Shown here piece by piece: positions 24,454 to 37,097 of a DNA stretch of 64,000 bases (positions are counted from its first letter, which is position 1; every line of letters starts with the position of its first letter). The position numbers and the translations under genes are program-made. Under the pieces are notes generated by a model. The model ran no database searches, was not told the origin of the DNA, and saw only the letters and a program-made list of their open reading frames with translations. The DNA lies in contig JBHGNT010000011.1 of assembly GCA_043228905.1 (NCBI GenBank), forward strand, positions 19,158,001 through 19,222,000, given 5' to 3'. This DNA is from Azolla caroliniana. Taxonomy: Eukaryota > Plantae > Polypodiophyta.

Positions 24454-27400
24454 CTGACCAGATTACTTTTACACCATTAGAGGATTAAGAACCGTCTTTT
24501 TAAGAAATGAGGATGAACAAAAAGAAAAACAACACACAGAAAAGTCCCAAAACCATATAGTTAACCAGAAATATTGTTTCATCAATCAGAATTAAAACTC
24601 GCGAAAATTTAGAATGGCAATAAGGAACCAATAGCCTACAAGCTCCACACGACACAGATAGCCATGAGTATTGTCTTATCATTTAGAATGAAGATATACA
24701 TTCATAAGGAATAGATGAACAGTAGGGAAACAATAGGCTACATGGCCCAATTCAGTCAGGAAACCAGAATTATATCCAATTCAAAATAAAAAAAGGAATC
24801 CAGGCAACTAGCTAGACTTACAGGTGTATGAAAAAGTATGACTGTGTATAGTATAATCAAAGATTATAGATGATCAACAAAATGGAGACTGAAGCTGGGA
24901 AAACTGCCATACAACCTGTGGATCATACTAAGACAAAACTAATTGATTTCAAAAAGCATTGTATACTCTGCCATTGAATAACTCATGGATTAGACAGATC
25001 TTTAAAATGTAACTTATAGCTTGAGCAATAATGTCGGGCATATCATTACAGCTATACTATCAATGGATGCATATACCCCCCATGATCACTCACTCGTCAG
25101 AAACGAGCCGTCAGACTTTAAAGGGATATAGTCCAAAGTTTTTATCTGCTTGACTGCTTTCCAGTGGATCATTTATACACATTTAAGCAATATCAATATC
25201 AAGATGGTTAACACCTTATTCAATATTAATTGAAGAAATCTGGCAAAACAAAGCTTGTTTCTATATTTACTATTTCGGTATAGTAGTAATATATTAGTTC
25301 TATGATTGAACTAGCAATTCTACTGCTTATTGAAACTGGAAAGAAAAAAAACCTTTGCAGATGATGTTGCTTGTGAGGCAAAGCTTCGATGTGACGCCAC
25401 TGTAGATGAGACCTGTCAAGAGAAGAATCTTGTTTATGTACTGAAAATTTATTCTCTCAAAGATTGGAAGGGCGTTACAAATAAAAAACCTTTTATGAAC
25501 GTTCATATACCACTTCAAGTATCTATTAAGTCCAATAAATAGTGAACTTATATATCCAGCATTCAAAATAATAAGCAATCTTTTGTACAAATTTTATGCT
25601 AGATTTCGTGAATTGCTGCCAGGAACAAGATTTTTTCATGAAACGACAATTTCCCCCTGGCCCTACTTTACCACTTGTTTTTAAAGATGTAGGATGCATT
25701 AATATTATACAGAATCATTCCTAATAATATGTCCCGGAGAATTACCACTAACTATCGTCAAACCAAACATACAGGCCTGAACATTATACCAATACTATGC
25801 ACTTTTGAGTTACTAATATATTATGATGGCCAAAATGAAAAAATATCAAATTCCTGTTCAAGAGATCTAAAATCACAAATTAGAACCATAAATTACAAAG
25901 AAAACCAATTACACTGTAAAGTTCAGATGTACATTGCAGGACAATTCCATGCATAGAAGCATGATAACATGCAATGGCATCCTCACTCGCATATTCAACT
26001 ATATTTAAATACAGTATTCGTTCAATTCATGAACCAATACTTTGTGAAGACTTACACGGCTTGAGACAGTATCCAACATATCTCGTTGAATAGTTGTATG
26101 AGTAGCAAACGCCCTTTCAGATATAGATGGATTTCCCATGTCTACAACATTTATCTGGAAAATTCATGTAATAAATCACATAAAACAAGTAAAATAGTTT
26201 AACTTCATAACCTCTACTACTTACTCATATGCTTACACTTTTTATCAAACCCTTTTAGGAAAATGTTATTACTTGCATAAACCTTTGTAGGACCAAACCT
26301 GGAGTTTGAAGTTATAAAGAATATATCAAATAAAAAGAAACCCTTGAAAGAAGAGAACAAAGGGTATACAAATGCCGAATGAGTATGGTGTTAACGTACA
26401 CATAGGAAAGCACCAGGTTCGAACACAAAAGCTATAACTGCAATTTTCACCCCTAGAATATCTATGCAGCTTACATTTGTCAGTTTTTTCTTTAGAATGG
26501 GTGTCTTCCAGCCAAATTTCCCACATCAAATTATTATATGATCATAGGCTGTGTTTCTAAATATTTTTTATCTCCCTAAACTAACCAGATGAATGCCACT
26601 TTCTTTTGTTGAGAGATCATGGCCATCATCATCATCATTGTCATCATTAACATTACCGTGACCATCGTCATCCTCATCCATGTTGATGCCTTAAGACACC
26701 TAACATCTCCATTCATTTAGGTGGAGCATTGTTTTTCATGGATGCAATATAGTCACCACCATATTCGTCATCACAATTCCTATGAAATTAATACACCGTC
26801 ACTGTTGCACCATTAAAAACCTAGTAGATTAATACATTATCGCCACCACCATCCACATTCCCACTATCATCAACATCAACATCAACATTCCTGGGGCATT
26901 AATGCATTACAGGTGGAGTGTTGGCAGACATCACAAGAGCTGCTATGGAAATGGCAGCTCACAAGGAGCCTATATCAACCTGACTGGTGATGACCTTTGA
27001 ATTTTGATACTCGGTGAATAAAAAATACCCTAAATTTTCTATTAAGATAGAAGCAGTCTGATAGAACAATAATTAAGGACAGTAACAGTTTTTTTTTGCA
27101 ACCAACACTGCCTGCCATCGGTATTAGATCAACCATCAGTTTCATTACACAATCACAAAAAAGCAATCTTTTTTCGATGCATGGGGAAATGAATACGCCA
27201 TCACCATCACTGTCATCATCTCTGAAACATTAATATATTATCACCATTATCTCCATCCATCAGGTAGATTATCCCGTGTCCACTCGATAAATAAATTCAT
27301 ATGTTGAACTCGAAAATATCCCATCACACATTTACTGATCTAATGAAATGGAGAAAATGAAAATCAAAAATAAAAAAGAAGGAAATGGCAGGAATCTTTG

Positions 27401-27504
27401 CAGAAGTCTAATTGTAAGGTTCCTGGATGAAGGAAAAGCTGCATAGATTAACAAACACAGAGAGCGGGAGAGAGAGAGAGAGATGAAGAAAGAAATTTCC
27501 ATAC

Positions 27505-27633
27505 CTTTTTACATTCAGAGAAGGGAGATAGATATCAACGGAGGAGGAGGAGGCGAAGGAGCAGTGTGACTGTCATCAAGCGTCCATGCGTTCAACTGTA
27601 ATCCTTCGTTGGTTTTGAAAGGGTGTTTGTTGA

Positions 27634-27677
<44 letters not shown>

Positions 27678-27700
27678 GGGGGGGAGGTTTGCAGAAATTC
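27505..27700 (-). other. Probable non-coding first exon / TSS region of CFAP100 with (CT)n tract
   Basis: Minus-strand donor AAG|GTATGG at 27505/27504; (GA)n at 27638-27674; only short uORFs (ATG GAC GCT TGA, ATG TAA). Confidence 0.5.
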
Positions 27701-28181
27701 CAAACCCTACCCCTCAACACAGAGATTTTCAAGAATTCCAAAATCTGCCCCTCCAAAATTGCTATGTTTTGAAGGTAGTCCATTTGTGAATGTGCATGAA
27801 ACGCCAAAAAAAGAAAGAAAAGGAAGCCTTTCTGGGTACCAGAACACACGAGTTTGTAACGCAATTTATAGGAGCGAACGCTCTCTAACCGTATGGAATC
27901 TCGCACGCCGATAAAATAGTCTTTGTTAACGAGGCTTGTTGCTATTCCATTCTCGATCCCAATTCTATAGAGCAAACTATTTAGTATGCATGATTGATCA
28001 AACTGCCAATATTCGAATGACTCTCTATAATGGGGGGGGGGGGGGGGGGGGGGGGTTAATAGGGCATGTGTTTCGTTATGAGGCCTAAGTTGCTTCCTCA
28101 TTGTGCTTTTTTTTTATCACATAATGTCTTGTTCAGAGAAAACGTTTCTAGAACAAAATTTGCTCTTGGGTGCCTAATTGA

Positions 28182-28639
28182 TTTGGTACAATTTGATCTG
28201 TTGCATGACAATGTTGGGGCGGGTATCTAGGGTTCGAGATGAGGTGGTTGATTCAAATGGACGAGAAGGATTATGTTATATGTTGCTTGTCAAGTTGGCC
28301 AAAAAATATATTTAGTTTATTTTTTGTCTAGAAAAGTTTTTGAGGCAAACATAAATGTAGATTGTTTTGGATGCACAAATAACCTCTCTTATCGTTAATA
28401 TATAAGGTTTGGTACAAATTGATCTGTTGGATGACAATGTAGGGGCGGGTATTTAGGGCTCGAGATGGGGTGGTTGATTGATTCAAATGGACGAGAAGGA
28501 TTATGTTATATGTTGCTTGTCAAGTTGGCCAAAATATATATTTGGTTTATTTTTTGTCTAGAATAGTTTTTGAGGCAAACATAAATTTAGATTATTTTGG
28601 ATGCACAAATAACCTCTCTTATCATTAATATATAAGGTT
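28182..28639. repeat. ~227-bp tandem duplication
   Basis: TTTGGTACAA(T/A)TTGATCTGTTG...ATATATAAGGTT x2. Confidence 0.9.
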
Positions 28640-28642
28640 CTA

Positions 28643-29224
28643 GGGTTTAGGGTTGGAACATCTAAATCCACATGGTCATGGTTTTATAGTGCAGGGCGGC
28701 AGTGTATTCAAATGTGTTGGAGTGGAACCTGGTACAAACTCTAGTTTTTTTGAGGAGATATGGATGTTGGTGGCATGCTTATCGGTCTGGCACATATGAA
28801 CCAGACGATGTTTGTTTGTTTTTCAGCAACGAAAACTCCCAGGCGGCGAGGTGTTGCTAAACATTTGGTTCGAGTTGGTATCTTGGTTAAGCGGACATTA
28901 CAACTCGATTGAAGGGAACTCAGATGTAGCAGTAAGGGCTCGGTCGAAGTTTTTGCTGAAATGGGGTCGTTCTCCTATGATGGTAAATTCAGCGTCAGGG
29001 CCTAAATGGAACTACCAAGCACCGAGATGGTTGTTTCCGCCATTGACTTCCATGAATGGACAGGAGTTGTAAATATGTGGTCACCATGTACAAAGTGTTA
29101 GCGGGATACTTTTGTTGTAAATAGTAGGGTGGGGATTATGTTGTTTTGATTATGGCTGATCTTTGATGTACTTCTTTTGCTAACTAATGGGAAGTAGTGT
29201 TTTTTTTAGAAAAAATAAAAATAC
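28643..29224 (+). mobile_element. 5'-truncated LINE (ORF2 C-terminus and tail)
   Basis: VWHI*TRRCLFVFQQRKLPGGEVLLNIWFELVSWL...WNYQAP; A-rich tail; TSD ATAAGGTTCTA (28632-28642 and 29225-29235). Confidence 0.8.
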
Positions 29225-30368
29225 ATAAGGTTCTAAGTTCTAACCTCTTCAAAGGCATTAACAGACTACAACACTTTTAGTCTTCATTATTCAAGTTCTA
29301 AGGGCTAGCCATGATGTGCTTGCGAGGTAAATCTATTGTCATCTAGTCTAGTATTATAATGCAATTGTATGTTGAGTCTTTGTTATCAACATTGTACGGA
29401 AAATGGTAAGGTTCTCGCTCTTGCTAATTTCAAGTTAATGAGCCCAACTGAGTGGTGAGCTATTCACATTATCAACTCAAGGTTATTTATATCATGTTTT
29501 CATTTCTTGTAAAATACATGACATGATGTCACATGGGTGTATTGAACTCAGAACCTTGCACTCTCCAATGATTTCACACAATGCACATACACCACATACA
29601 TATTGGAAAAAGAAATTTTGGATCCCTTGAATATCACTTAGAAAAGGAGAATATGTGACCACATTTCCTTAATGTATAAAAAATGGCAGAATGTGTTGTT
29701 GTGGAATAATGCCTTACATTTGATGACATTGCACATGATTTCCTAGAATTTGTACAACATTATATACAAGATTTCAAGTACTCCTAATTAGGACAAATCA
29801 TCGACATTGAAACTATGCATTCTATTTGATCGCCTCAACTTGAAGATCCAATGGTGGAATCCAGAAATAAGCTTGAATTTTCATTTTCAACTTACAATTC
29901 TTTCGTTTTGATCTACCATTCTAAAATCCCCTACCATAGATAGTTGGAGAGAGTGCTTTCTAACAATTGATAGGTTCCTTTGGTCATCTTTGGCCCCCAT
30001 GTGGATGCTAACATATCAATATGTTCCACATTATCACATCTCCATAAAGCTTGCTTAATTATTAAAAATCCTAAATATTCACTTTTCCATTGTTTAAAAT
30101 TTTTCATAGATAAAGATTCCGAGAAAATTCAAATGTATGTTATTATGATCTTTTTTGAAAATGTATATTTCCACTTAGCTTTGAAATACCTAGTTCTTTA
30201 TAGAGGTTCTTCTTTTTTATAAAGTTCAAGAAACATTTCCCAAACCTTGTCGATCCCCCATAATGTGTCCAATTATAGTTTATTTACATGGGAACTTGCC
30301 GCCAAGTTCATTCGATCGTTTCTCACTCAAGTCTAAGTAATCATCGATCCTCTTTGCTCACTCATTTG

Positions 30369-30575
30369 GAGGTTTGTACAAAGATCTTTGTTCCAAGAGA
30401 AAACCCTATAATTCCTTCGGTTTTTTGGGTTTGGAAAAGTTCCGATTTTCAGGAACGGGAATCTTATGACATGTTAGGAATAATCTATCAGGGTCATCCA
30501 GGTCTTAGGCATATACCAATGCCTGAAAGCCGGATCGGTTGGCCTTTGCGTAAAGACTATGTTGTACCCATTTTT
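30369..30575 (+). pseudogene. ndhJ: Nuclear plastid DNA (NUPT): ndhJ 3' fragment
   Basis: [38 protein letters not shown]...[14 protein letters not shown] matches the NdhJ C-terminal half; no N-terminus or transit peptide. Confidence 0.92.
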
Positions 30576-30773
30576 TCTGATTTTTTATGGATGATCTGAA
30601 CTTGTTTAAAATTGTGTATAATAGGCAAAGAACCAAACCATTCATTGAGGCCATTGGTTTAACTAGTTGGGATCATAGAACGTAATAAATGTGTTAGTGA
30701 AAGCATTCAAACGTTTGAAAAGGGGAAAATGCGTACTCCTTTTTTGGGGTTTTTTTTCATTTATTGTCATTAC

Positions 30774-31100
30774 AAATCAGCTCACCCTATTGGTAAGTTG
30801 TCATGGGTTCGATTCCCTATTTTCTCATCTCTCTCGTTAGTGTCATGTCATATCAAAATTTTATATTACTGAGATATTACTTTTACTTTCCCTATTATTA
30901 GAAATTAGCTCAACTTAGTGGTAAGTTGTCATGTTACTATAGCCAATGTCTTGGATTCAATTCCTAATTTTCTCATATCCTTTCGTTAATGTCATGTTAT
31001 GGCAAAATTTTATGTTAGTGTCATGTTTCTTTTTTTTCTTTATTTGTTAGTAGAAATTAGCTCACCCTAGTGGTAAGTTGTTATGCTACAATCTACTACT
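30774..31100 (+). mobile_element. Three tandem degenerate tRNA-derived (SINE-like) units
   Basis: A-box-like AGCTCA...AGTGGTAAG at ~30779, ~30907 and ~31059; B-box-like GGTTCGATTCC (~30806) and GGATTCAATTCC (~30953). Confidence 0.6.
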
Positions 31101-31943
31101 GCCTGTGTCATGTTTTCTTCATATTCTCGAATATAAGTTTTATGAGTTTTTGAACGTTTGATTATAATTTATTTTATTATTATTATTTATTAATTTTAAG
31201 GAAGATACACCTTAGTATATTACTTGAAAAGTCTACATAAGAAAAACAGAAGGAGACATTTCATTTCACTTCTTTTTGTAAGATACAAAAGCTAGTACAT
31301 CGGATGATACAGATGGTGTCATATATGAACAAGTTGAACAATACTTACTATCCACTATCCAACATAAACGAAGGTATCCACATTTGATTATAATTTACAA
31401 TGACATATTTTGATTCAATCTCTATAGTTCATACTCATTTCTTTTGTAAAGTTCTAAAGTGAGGAGGATAGAGATGTCTTGATTCTTAAGAAGCATCCCA
31501 AAGGTATGCATGTGATACAATGCAAATATTTGCAACCATACTTACGTTGGTGGTTCTCAATGGATTAGAGTCTACTTATTGGGATTGAGAGTGAATCAAT
31601 ATATAATAGACCATAGTCAATCCAATCCAACTTTGAGATGATTTACCATACACGTTTGCTTGAATCATTCTCAAATGCGAATGCATGTAAGATGCGTATG
31701 GTTCATTCTATGGAACTTGGGATAACACTAAACAATGGTTGACATTTAAAGTATTATCAAGGGTTATTATGTGATGTTATGCCATGTACAAAGGATTAAA
31801 AGACATCATTTTTAATCATGGGGTATGAAACCTTAGCGATGTCTGATTTTACCGGGTGTTGACTTTAATATATAAATGGTCCATCAAGTGCTCATTGCAT
31901 TTGGTCTTTGTTCCGCTATCAAATTTGCACGAAGATTTTTAAA

Positions 31944-32047
31944 TATCTCAAACCTACATTTTTATTTGGTAATATATATATATTCCTCATTCAATAATAA
32001 AATGCATGAATCCAATCATTACCGAATAAAAATGTAGGTTTGAGATA
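31944..32047. repeat. 104-bp hairpin with 30-bp arms
   Basis: TATCTCAAACCTACATTTTTATTTGGTAAT and ATTACCGAATAAAAATGTAGGTTTGAGATA pair with a single G-T; 44-nt loop. Confidence 0.85.
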
Positions 32048-32414
32048 ATATATATATATAAACAAATGCAAGTGCTATACTTAGTTAAGTGTTAAAGTTT
32101 GAAACTGAACATCCAAATATGAAGTGTTTATTATTTGATCAATTGTAAACCATACAATCTCTATATTTTATGTTCAACCTTCTCACGAAGCAAACCATTT
32201 TCTCATTTTCTTTTCAGTATGTCACGTACTCATTCACTTGTATGCAGTAACTTCATCAACTCGAAATGCATAAGGATGGATGTTAAAACTTAAAGGAGGA
32301 TGTCCAGTTTGTGAACATGTTCACATTACACATGCGATACATAAAACATGTCCCTCTCTCTCATTGGAAGATTATTCCAAGAGTCTTGTGGCTTGCCCCT
32401 AAGTTATTGGCATA

Positions 32415-32615
32415 CATTCCTATTATGTATTCTACTATATTCATTAGAGTAGCGTAGCCAGTGGCCACCATTCGGGGAAGAGTTCCCTATATTTATTATA
32501 GTAGTTTAGCCACCACGAGAAAGTTCCCGTGTATTTATTATCATAACTATGCAAACACTTTGGGCAAATTCCACTACATTTATTATAGCATTTTAGCCAC
32601 CACTTGGGGAAGGGA
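32415..32615. repeat. Degenerate ~45-50-bp minisatellite
   Basis: Recurring TTCCC..TATTTATTATA...TTAGCCACCAC units. Confidence 0.7.
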
Positions 32616-34860
32616 TTCCCAAACTTCCAAGGCCTCTCACATGGGTGAAATCACTTATTACATATGCAAACAAATCTTGAGTATGATGTTATAAAAATAT
32701 CATTTGATTCTCAAAAAGTTTTCTTGGTTTCATGGTAACAAAAGTTTTTTTTTCCTTTATGGGAGGATAAACAAATTACACAATTATATGGTCTTACAAT
32801 TCAATCATGCTCACAAGATCTAGTATATTGGGGAGAATCTAAAGGAAAACCTTCCCCTCAATGGTAGGCCTTAGACTTTAGTGGGTGGTGATTTCATGAT
32901 GCTAAAGGACAATTGTTGAGTCATGACGCCTGCATTTTAAACTAATATCTCATGGTTGTATGCCGCTCTTGGCATCATAGATGGGAACATGTTAGTCCAA
33001 GAGATGTACATAAACAAATCAATGTGTATGTACATTCCTTGATTTACACACTTTCCTATATTGAACAAAACCTTTCACATGAGATAGTTTCTTTCATGTG
33101 ACTACTATTATCATTACACATGTTCAAATTGAAGATAATTTGAGAACACGCCATTTTGATACATTTTGCCTAAGAGATGTTTCTATCACGTATTTCGATT
33201 CTAATGTTATGTTGCAAAGACGCCATAATAACCCATATGTTGGCAAATGGAGTCACTTCTAAGAAATAATGTACTAATTCTTGAGGATTCTTAATTCTCA
33301 ATCTCTCGCCAACATATTTATTATTTTAAAATGCTAAGATATCTACATGAACATATATCATAACTTTGCGGGAACAAGTACTAGTATGAACATGTAGCTA
33401 CACCTTATAATAGAACCAAAAGGATGCCATGTTATAATATAATACAACTTTTGAGGTAAAATCAAAAGTGATCCAAACTTCGTCAACAATGGAATGATGA
33501 AGGCTATATGGGATAGGTATGGGCAAGCTTAAATTAATATGCAATAAGAAAACAATAGTTGAAAAACGTCATACCCTATATACAAGTATCTCAAAAATTG
33601 AACCTTTGCAAGCTTTTTGCACATGCAATAAAAAATGGGAGAAAATATTGATAATATCTATGTGCATGGCCACTAGCATCACTACATTCGCATTAGGATA
33701 TGATTAGTAAATGGAGTAGATAGACTTATCACTTGTTTATAGAAGAACGCCTACACATATTTTATTCATGAAATATGCCAATATGTTCGAATAGCACATC
33801 TCTTTGTAACATCCATTTGGCATTGGTTCATTACATATGTGTGAGATATGCAACGGTTCTACAGTTCTTTCTGGAAAGTATGTGTTTAGGTGATTGTTGA
33901 TTTAATGTGCCAAATGATACCCCTCAAATTGCCATTGATATTGAAGTTCAACATTTTCTTGGGTTGTGAATCATCATTGACACTTTATGAATTACTTTTG
34001 TATCTAATAACGCAAAGGTAGGAACTCCTTGAAGTGCATTTGTTTTACGAGTATGTGCACATATACAACCATGTATGTATACATTCATATATCTTATCTC
34101 CATTCCCTTTAACTGCAAGCAAGTACAAATACAAACAACTAGATATTTATAGAAATCATAGATCTCAATGAATGTCATATCATATATGGTTGGATCTATG
34201 AAGTAAATAGTTACACTAGTAGTAGATGACATGTGAAATGGATATATAAAGCTAGCACTTACAAATGGGCGCATGGGCAATATTTATGACATATGCGTGA
34301 AGAAATACATTTTTCGCCACATGCTTTCAAGAATAAAAAAATGACGTTATAGATGACGCGTGAGATGGACCTACAAAAGTAGGAGCATGGGTTAGATTTG
34401 TGACAAATGTATGCATGGAATATATACACATGAGTTGCTAAAGAGAAGGAATTAGATTTATGCACATAAATGCATGGGGCCTAGGTTTTGGTGGAAAGGG
34501 GGAATATGAAGGACATCATGTGCTTACATGATTTTTGATGATTAGGATAAGGTTTGGAGTTCTCACATCACCAATGAGGAAGGATTTGAGGGGCTATATA
34601 AAGGGCACATTAACAAACTATTTGGGGGCATAGAGCGAGGTTTGTAGGAGTGTAGTGAGGTGAGATTAAAGGAAGTCTAAGTGGAGGTTATTACAAGAGG
34701 TTGCATCCAACGGAAACTAAGAAGCAAATGGGATTTGCATTTAAGGGCTTGATTATGAGGTGTTGAGAGCTATTTTGGTCGTTAGGGGATAATAAAGTAG
34801 AATTACGAGAGGTCAAGCATTGAGAAATTAGGAGAAGTGATATTTAAGAAGGTGATTATT

Positions 34861-35022
34861 ATGGGTTTGTACAACAACAAGAACAACACATATCAAGTTT
34901 ATTTGAGACCATTGCCACGGAGGGGCCAAGTAAAGAAGACAATTGTCATGTCATTAGTGCGACAACTCTCTTCCTCTTTTAATCTCCACAAAAAAATGCA
35001 GCCTTCTTCCCCTCCAAATTAA
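34861..35022 (+). CDS. Small protein with PRRGxVK motif, copy 1 (53 aa)
   Basis: MGLYNNKNNTYQVYLRPLPRRGQVKKTIVMSLVRQLSSSFNLHKKMQPSSPPN; TATA CTATATAAAGGG at ~34594; motif shared with two other ORFs in the window. Confidence 0.65.
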   Translation: MGLYNNKNNTYQVYLRPLPRRGQVKKTIVMSLVRQLSSSFNLHKKMQPSSPPN

Positions 35023-36199
35023 ATCATCAACATGAATGATATGTTCACACACTACTAACAATGTAAATAATCATTAATTACCTCATTGTTGATATTAATC
35101 GAGGCATTGAAGTCATGTTTCCTTAGTGGTAAACATAATGGGATCAAAGGTTGAAGCCTTATAAACCAATTTATGCAAATCTTCAGTTGTCATGTATCTC
35201 CCTTTTGCATATCACATCCACTCGTATATGCTTATATATGCGTGTGAGATTATCTAATCCTATGTAAGCATCCTTCTTGTTATATATCTCATCAAGACAA
35301 CAATCAAGTTCTAGCATTAATGTAAATTGATTATCTTTGCCTTGATCAACAATGTCATATAATTATCATTGCTCTTAAAAATACATTAATTTCCAAATGA
35401 TGGAGATATCCAACATGGTTGTGTTGTCTATGCTCTCTCTCTCTCTCTCTCTCTAATGGAGGTATATGGGAATATGGGTGGATGCTTCTGTTTTTGAGCT
35501 CTTGACATATGAATATGACACCTTGCACTCCAAATAATACTAATGTGAGAGCCACATGTACAATTATATGAACATTGAACAATATAATATGCGATCTGAA
35601 TACAACTATCATTGGTGTAACATTCAAATTTAGAGGTGACCTCCCATAGTGATAATAAGGCTAAATATGATCTCATATACTTCCTATTTTTACGATGAAA
35701 GATGCCCAAATTTTCTAGAAGGAAATCATTTGATACATAGATTAGTTAGTAGTCATTAATTATTTTAAAATTCAATTATATTTTGTACTTAATGCCAAAT
35801 TATTCTGTGATAGCTCCAAATTCTTTAAGCCATCGTAATTCACATGCATCAAACGTGTTAAATTTGATCTATCGCTACTTTATGCAAAGAGAAGTTTTAG
35901 TTAAAAAGAACATTACTTCTTTATAGGTCATGCACAACTTTTTATAACTTATTTATATTTATATAAATTAAAGTACTTTGTTTCTTCTACGGGCATGAAA
36001 GAGATGTCATGTGGGATAGTGAATGTAGGTGATGTGTATGAAATGATGACTAGAGACACATGTGAAAGTGTAAGATAAATAAGTGAGATTTCTTATGTAG
36101 ATAGGATAGTCTAGGCAAGGCCTACCTGAGAAGTTCCCACATGCAGTAGAATCAATATGACACGCTCTGTGGGACTGCCCAACGTCCCATCGAATATGG

Positions 36200-36850
36200 C
36201 GGGGGGTTGGCTGCTTGTTGCAATTATGCTAGGTGCAAGGCTCAATCAAGTGGGGAAATATATGTTGGCTATCATGGCAGATTGCAATTGGTAGATACGA
36301 GCATCAGGAGGAGAGGATAACTTTGGTGATAAAAGCACAAGAGGTCTCTTTCTCCTCCAACGACAATGTCCACTCCACTCCTCTTAATGACAAATCTCAA
36401 GAGGTGTTGGAATTGGTCAGCACAATAACTCTTTGGATTTTATGGAAACAACGATGTAGGCGAGTCTTCTCCAACCAAACTGCACATCCAACAAGGTTAC
36501 TGCAAGAGATATGGAGTGAAATTGTAGCCACTCTAAAGAGGCAATATGATGGTCTTAAGGGCGGTTTCGATGGAGTTAAAAGACAACGAATAACCTTCAT
36601 CTAACAATGGTCGTCCTCTCCATTTCTTGAGTCAGTGGGCATCCACATAAGATGGAACTATCGCGTCCCTTCAGGGATTTGTACATAATCGTCTCATTTG
36701 TAAAATTTTATAACTAATGGAAGGAGTTTTATTTTTTTGGAAAAAGAAGAAGAAAAAAGGCTTACTCGAGAAAGGGAATGAGTTTGTGTATATTTTAACT
36801 AATGGAGTATATTCTTGTTTGGAAATAAAATAAATATATAAATAAATAAA
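36200..36850 (+). mobile_element. 5'-truncated LINE fragment followed by a second short LINE tail
   Basis: ELVSTITLWILWKQRCRRVFSNQ...LLQEIWSEIVATL (ORF2 C-terminus); TAACTAATGG...TTTGGAAA tails at 36711 and 36796. Confidence 0.8.
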
Positions 36851-36909
36851 ACTTTTTATTGTGAAAAATGTTTCTTAAAGTATGTATATGGCACTCTTCG
36901 ACTCTTCGA

Positions 36910-37097
36910 GCAAACTTTGCCAGGATCCTAATGCATTGAATACAAGTAATCATAATAACGTTTAATATGTATCACGACATATTAATGAGTGATTCCACAC
37001 TCTTTGGGCAAACATTGCTAGGATCCTAATGCATTGAATACAAGTAATCATAACAACGTTTAATATTTATCACAACATATTAATGAGTGATTCCACC
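36910..37097. repeat. ~99-bp tandem duplication
   Basis: AGGATCCTAATGCATTGAATACAAGTAATCATAA x2. Confidence 0.9.

Noticed and set aside
27592-28101. 169-aa minus-strand ORF
   Set aside because: Built from poly-G and (GA)n tracts in the CFAP100 promoter region.
30288-30599. 103-aa ORF as a functional nuclear ndhJ with transit peptide
   Set aside because: Only the C-terminal half of NdhJ, retains unedited codons, lacks the native end; the upstream in-frame part looks fortuitous.
30774-31100. Functional tRNA genes
   Set aside because: Stems are degenerate and no full cloverleaf forms; treated as SINE-like.
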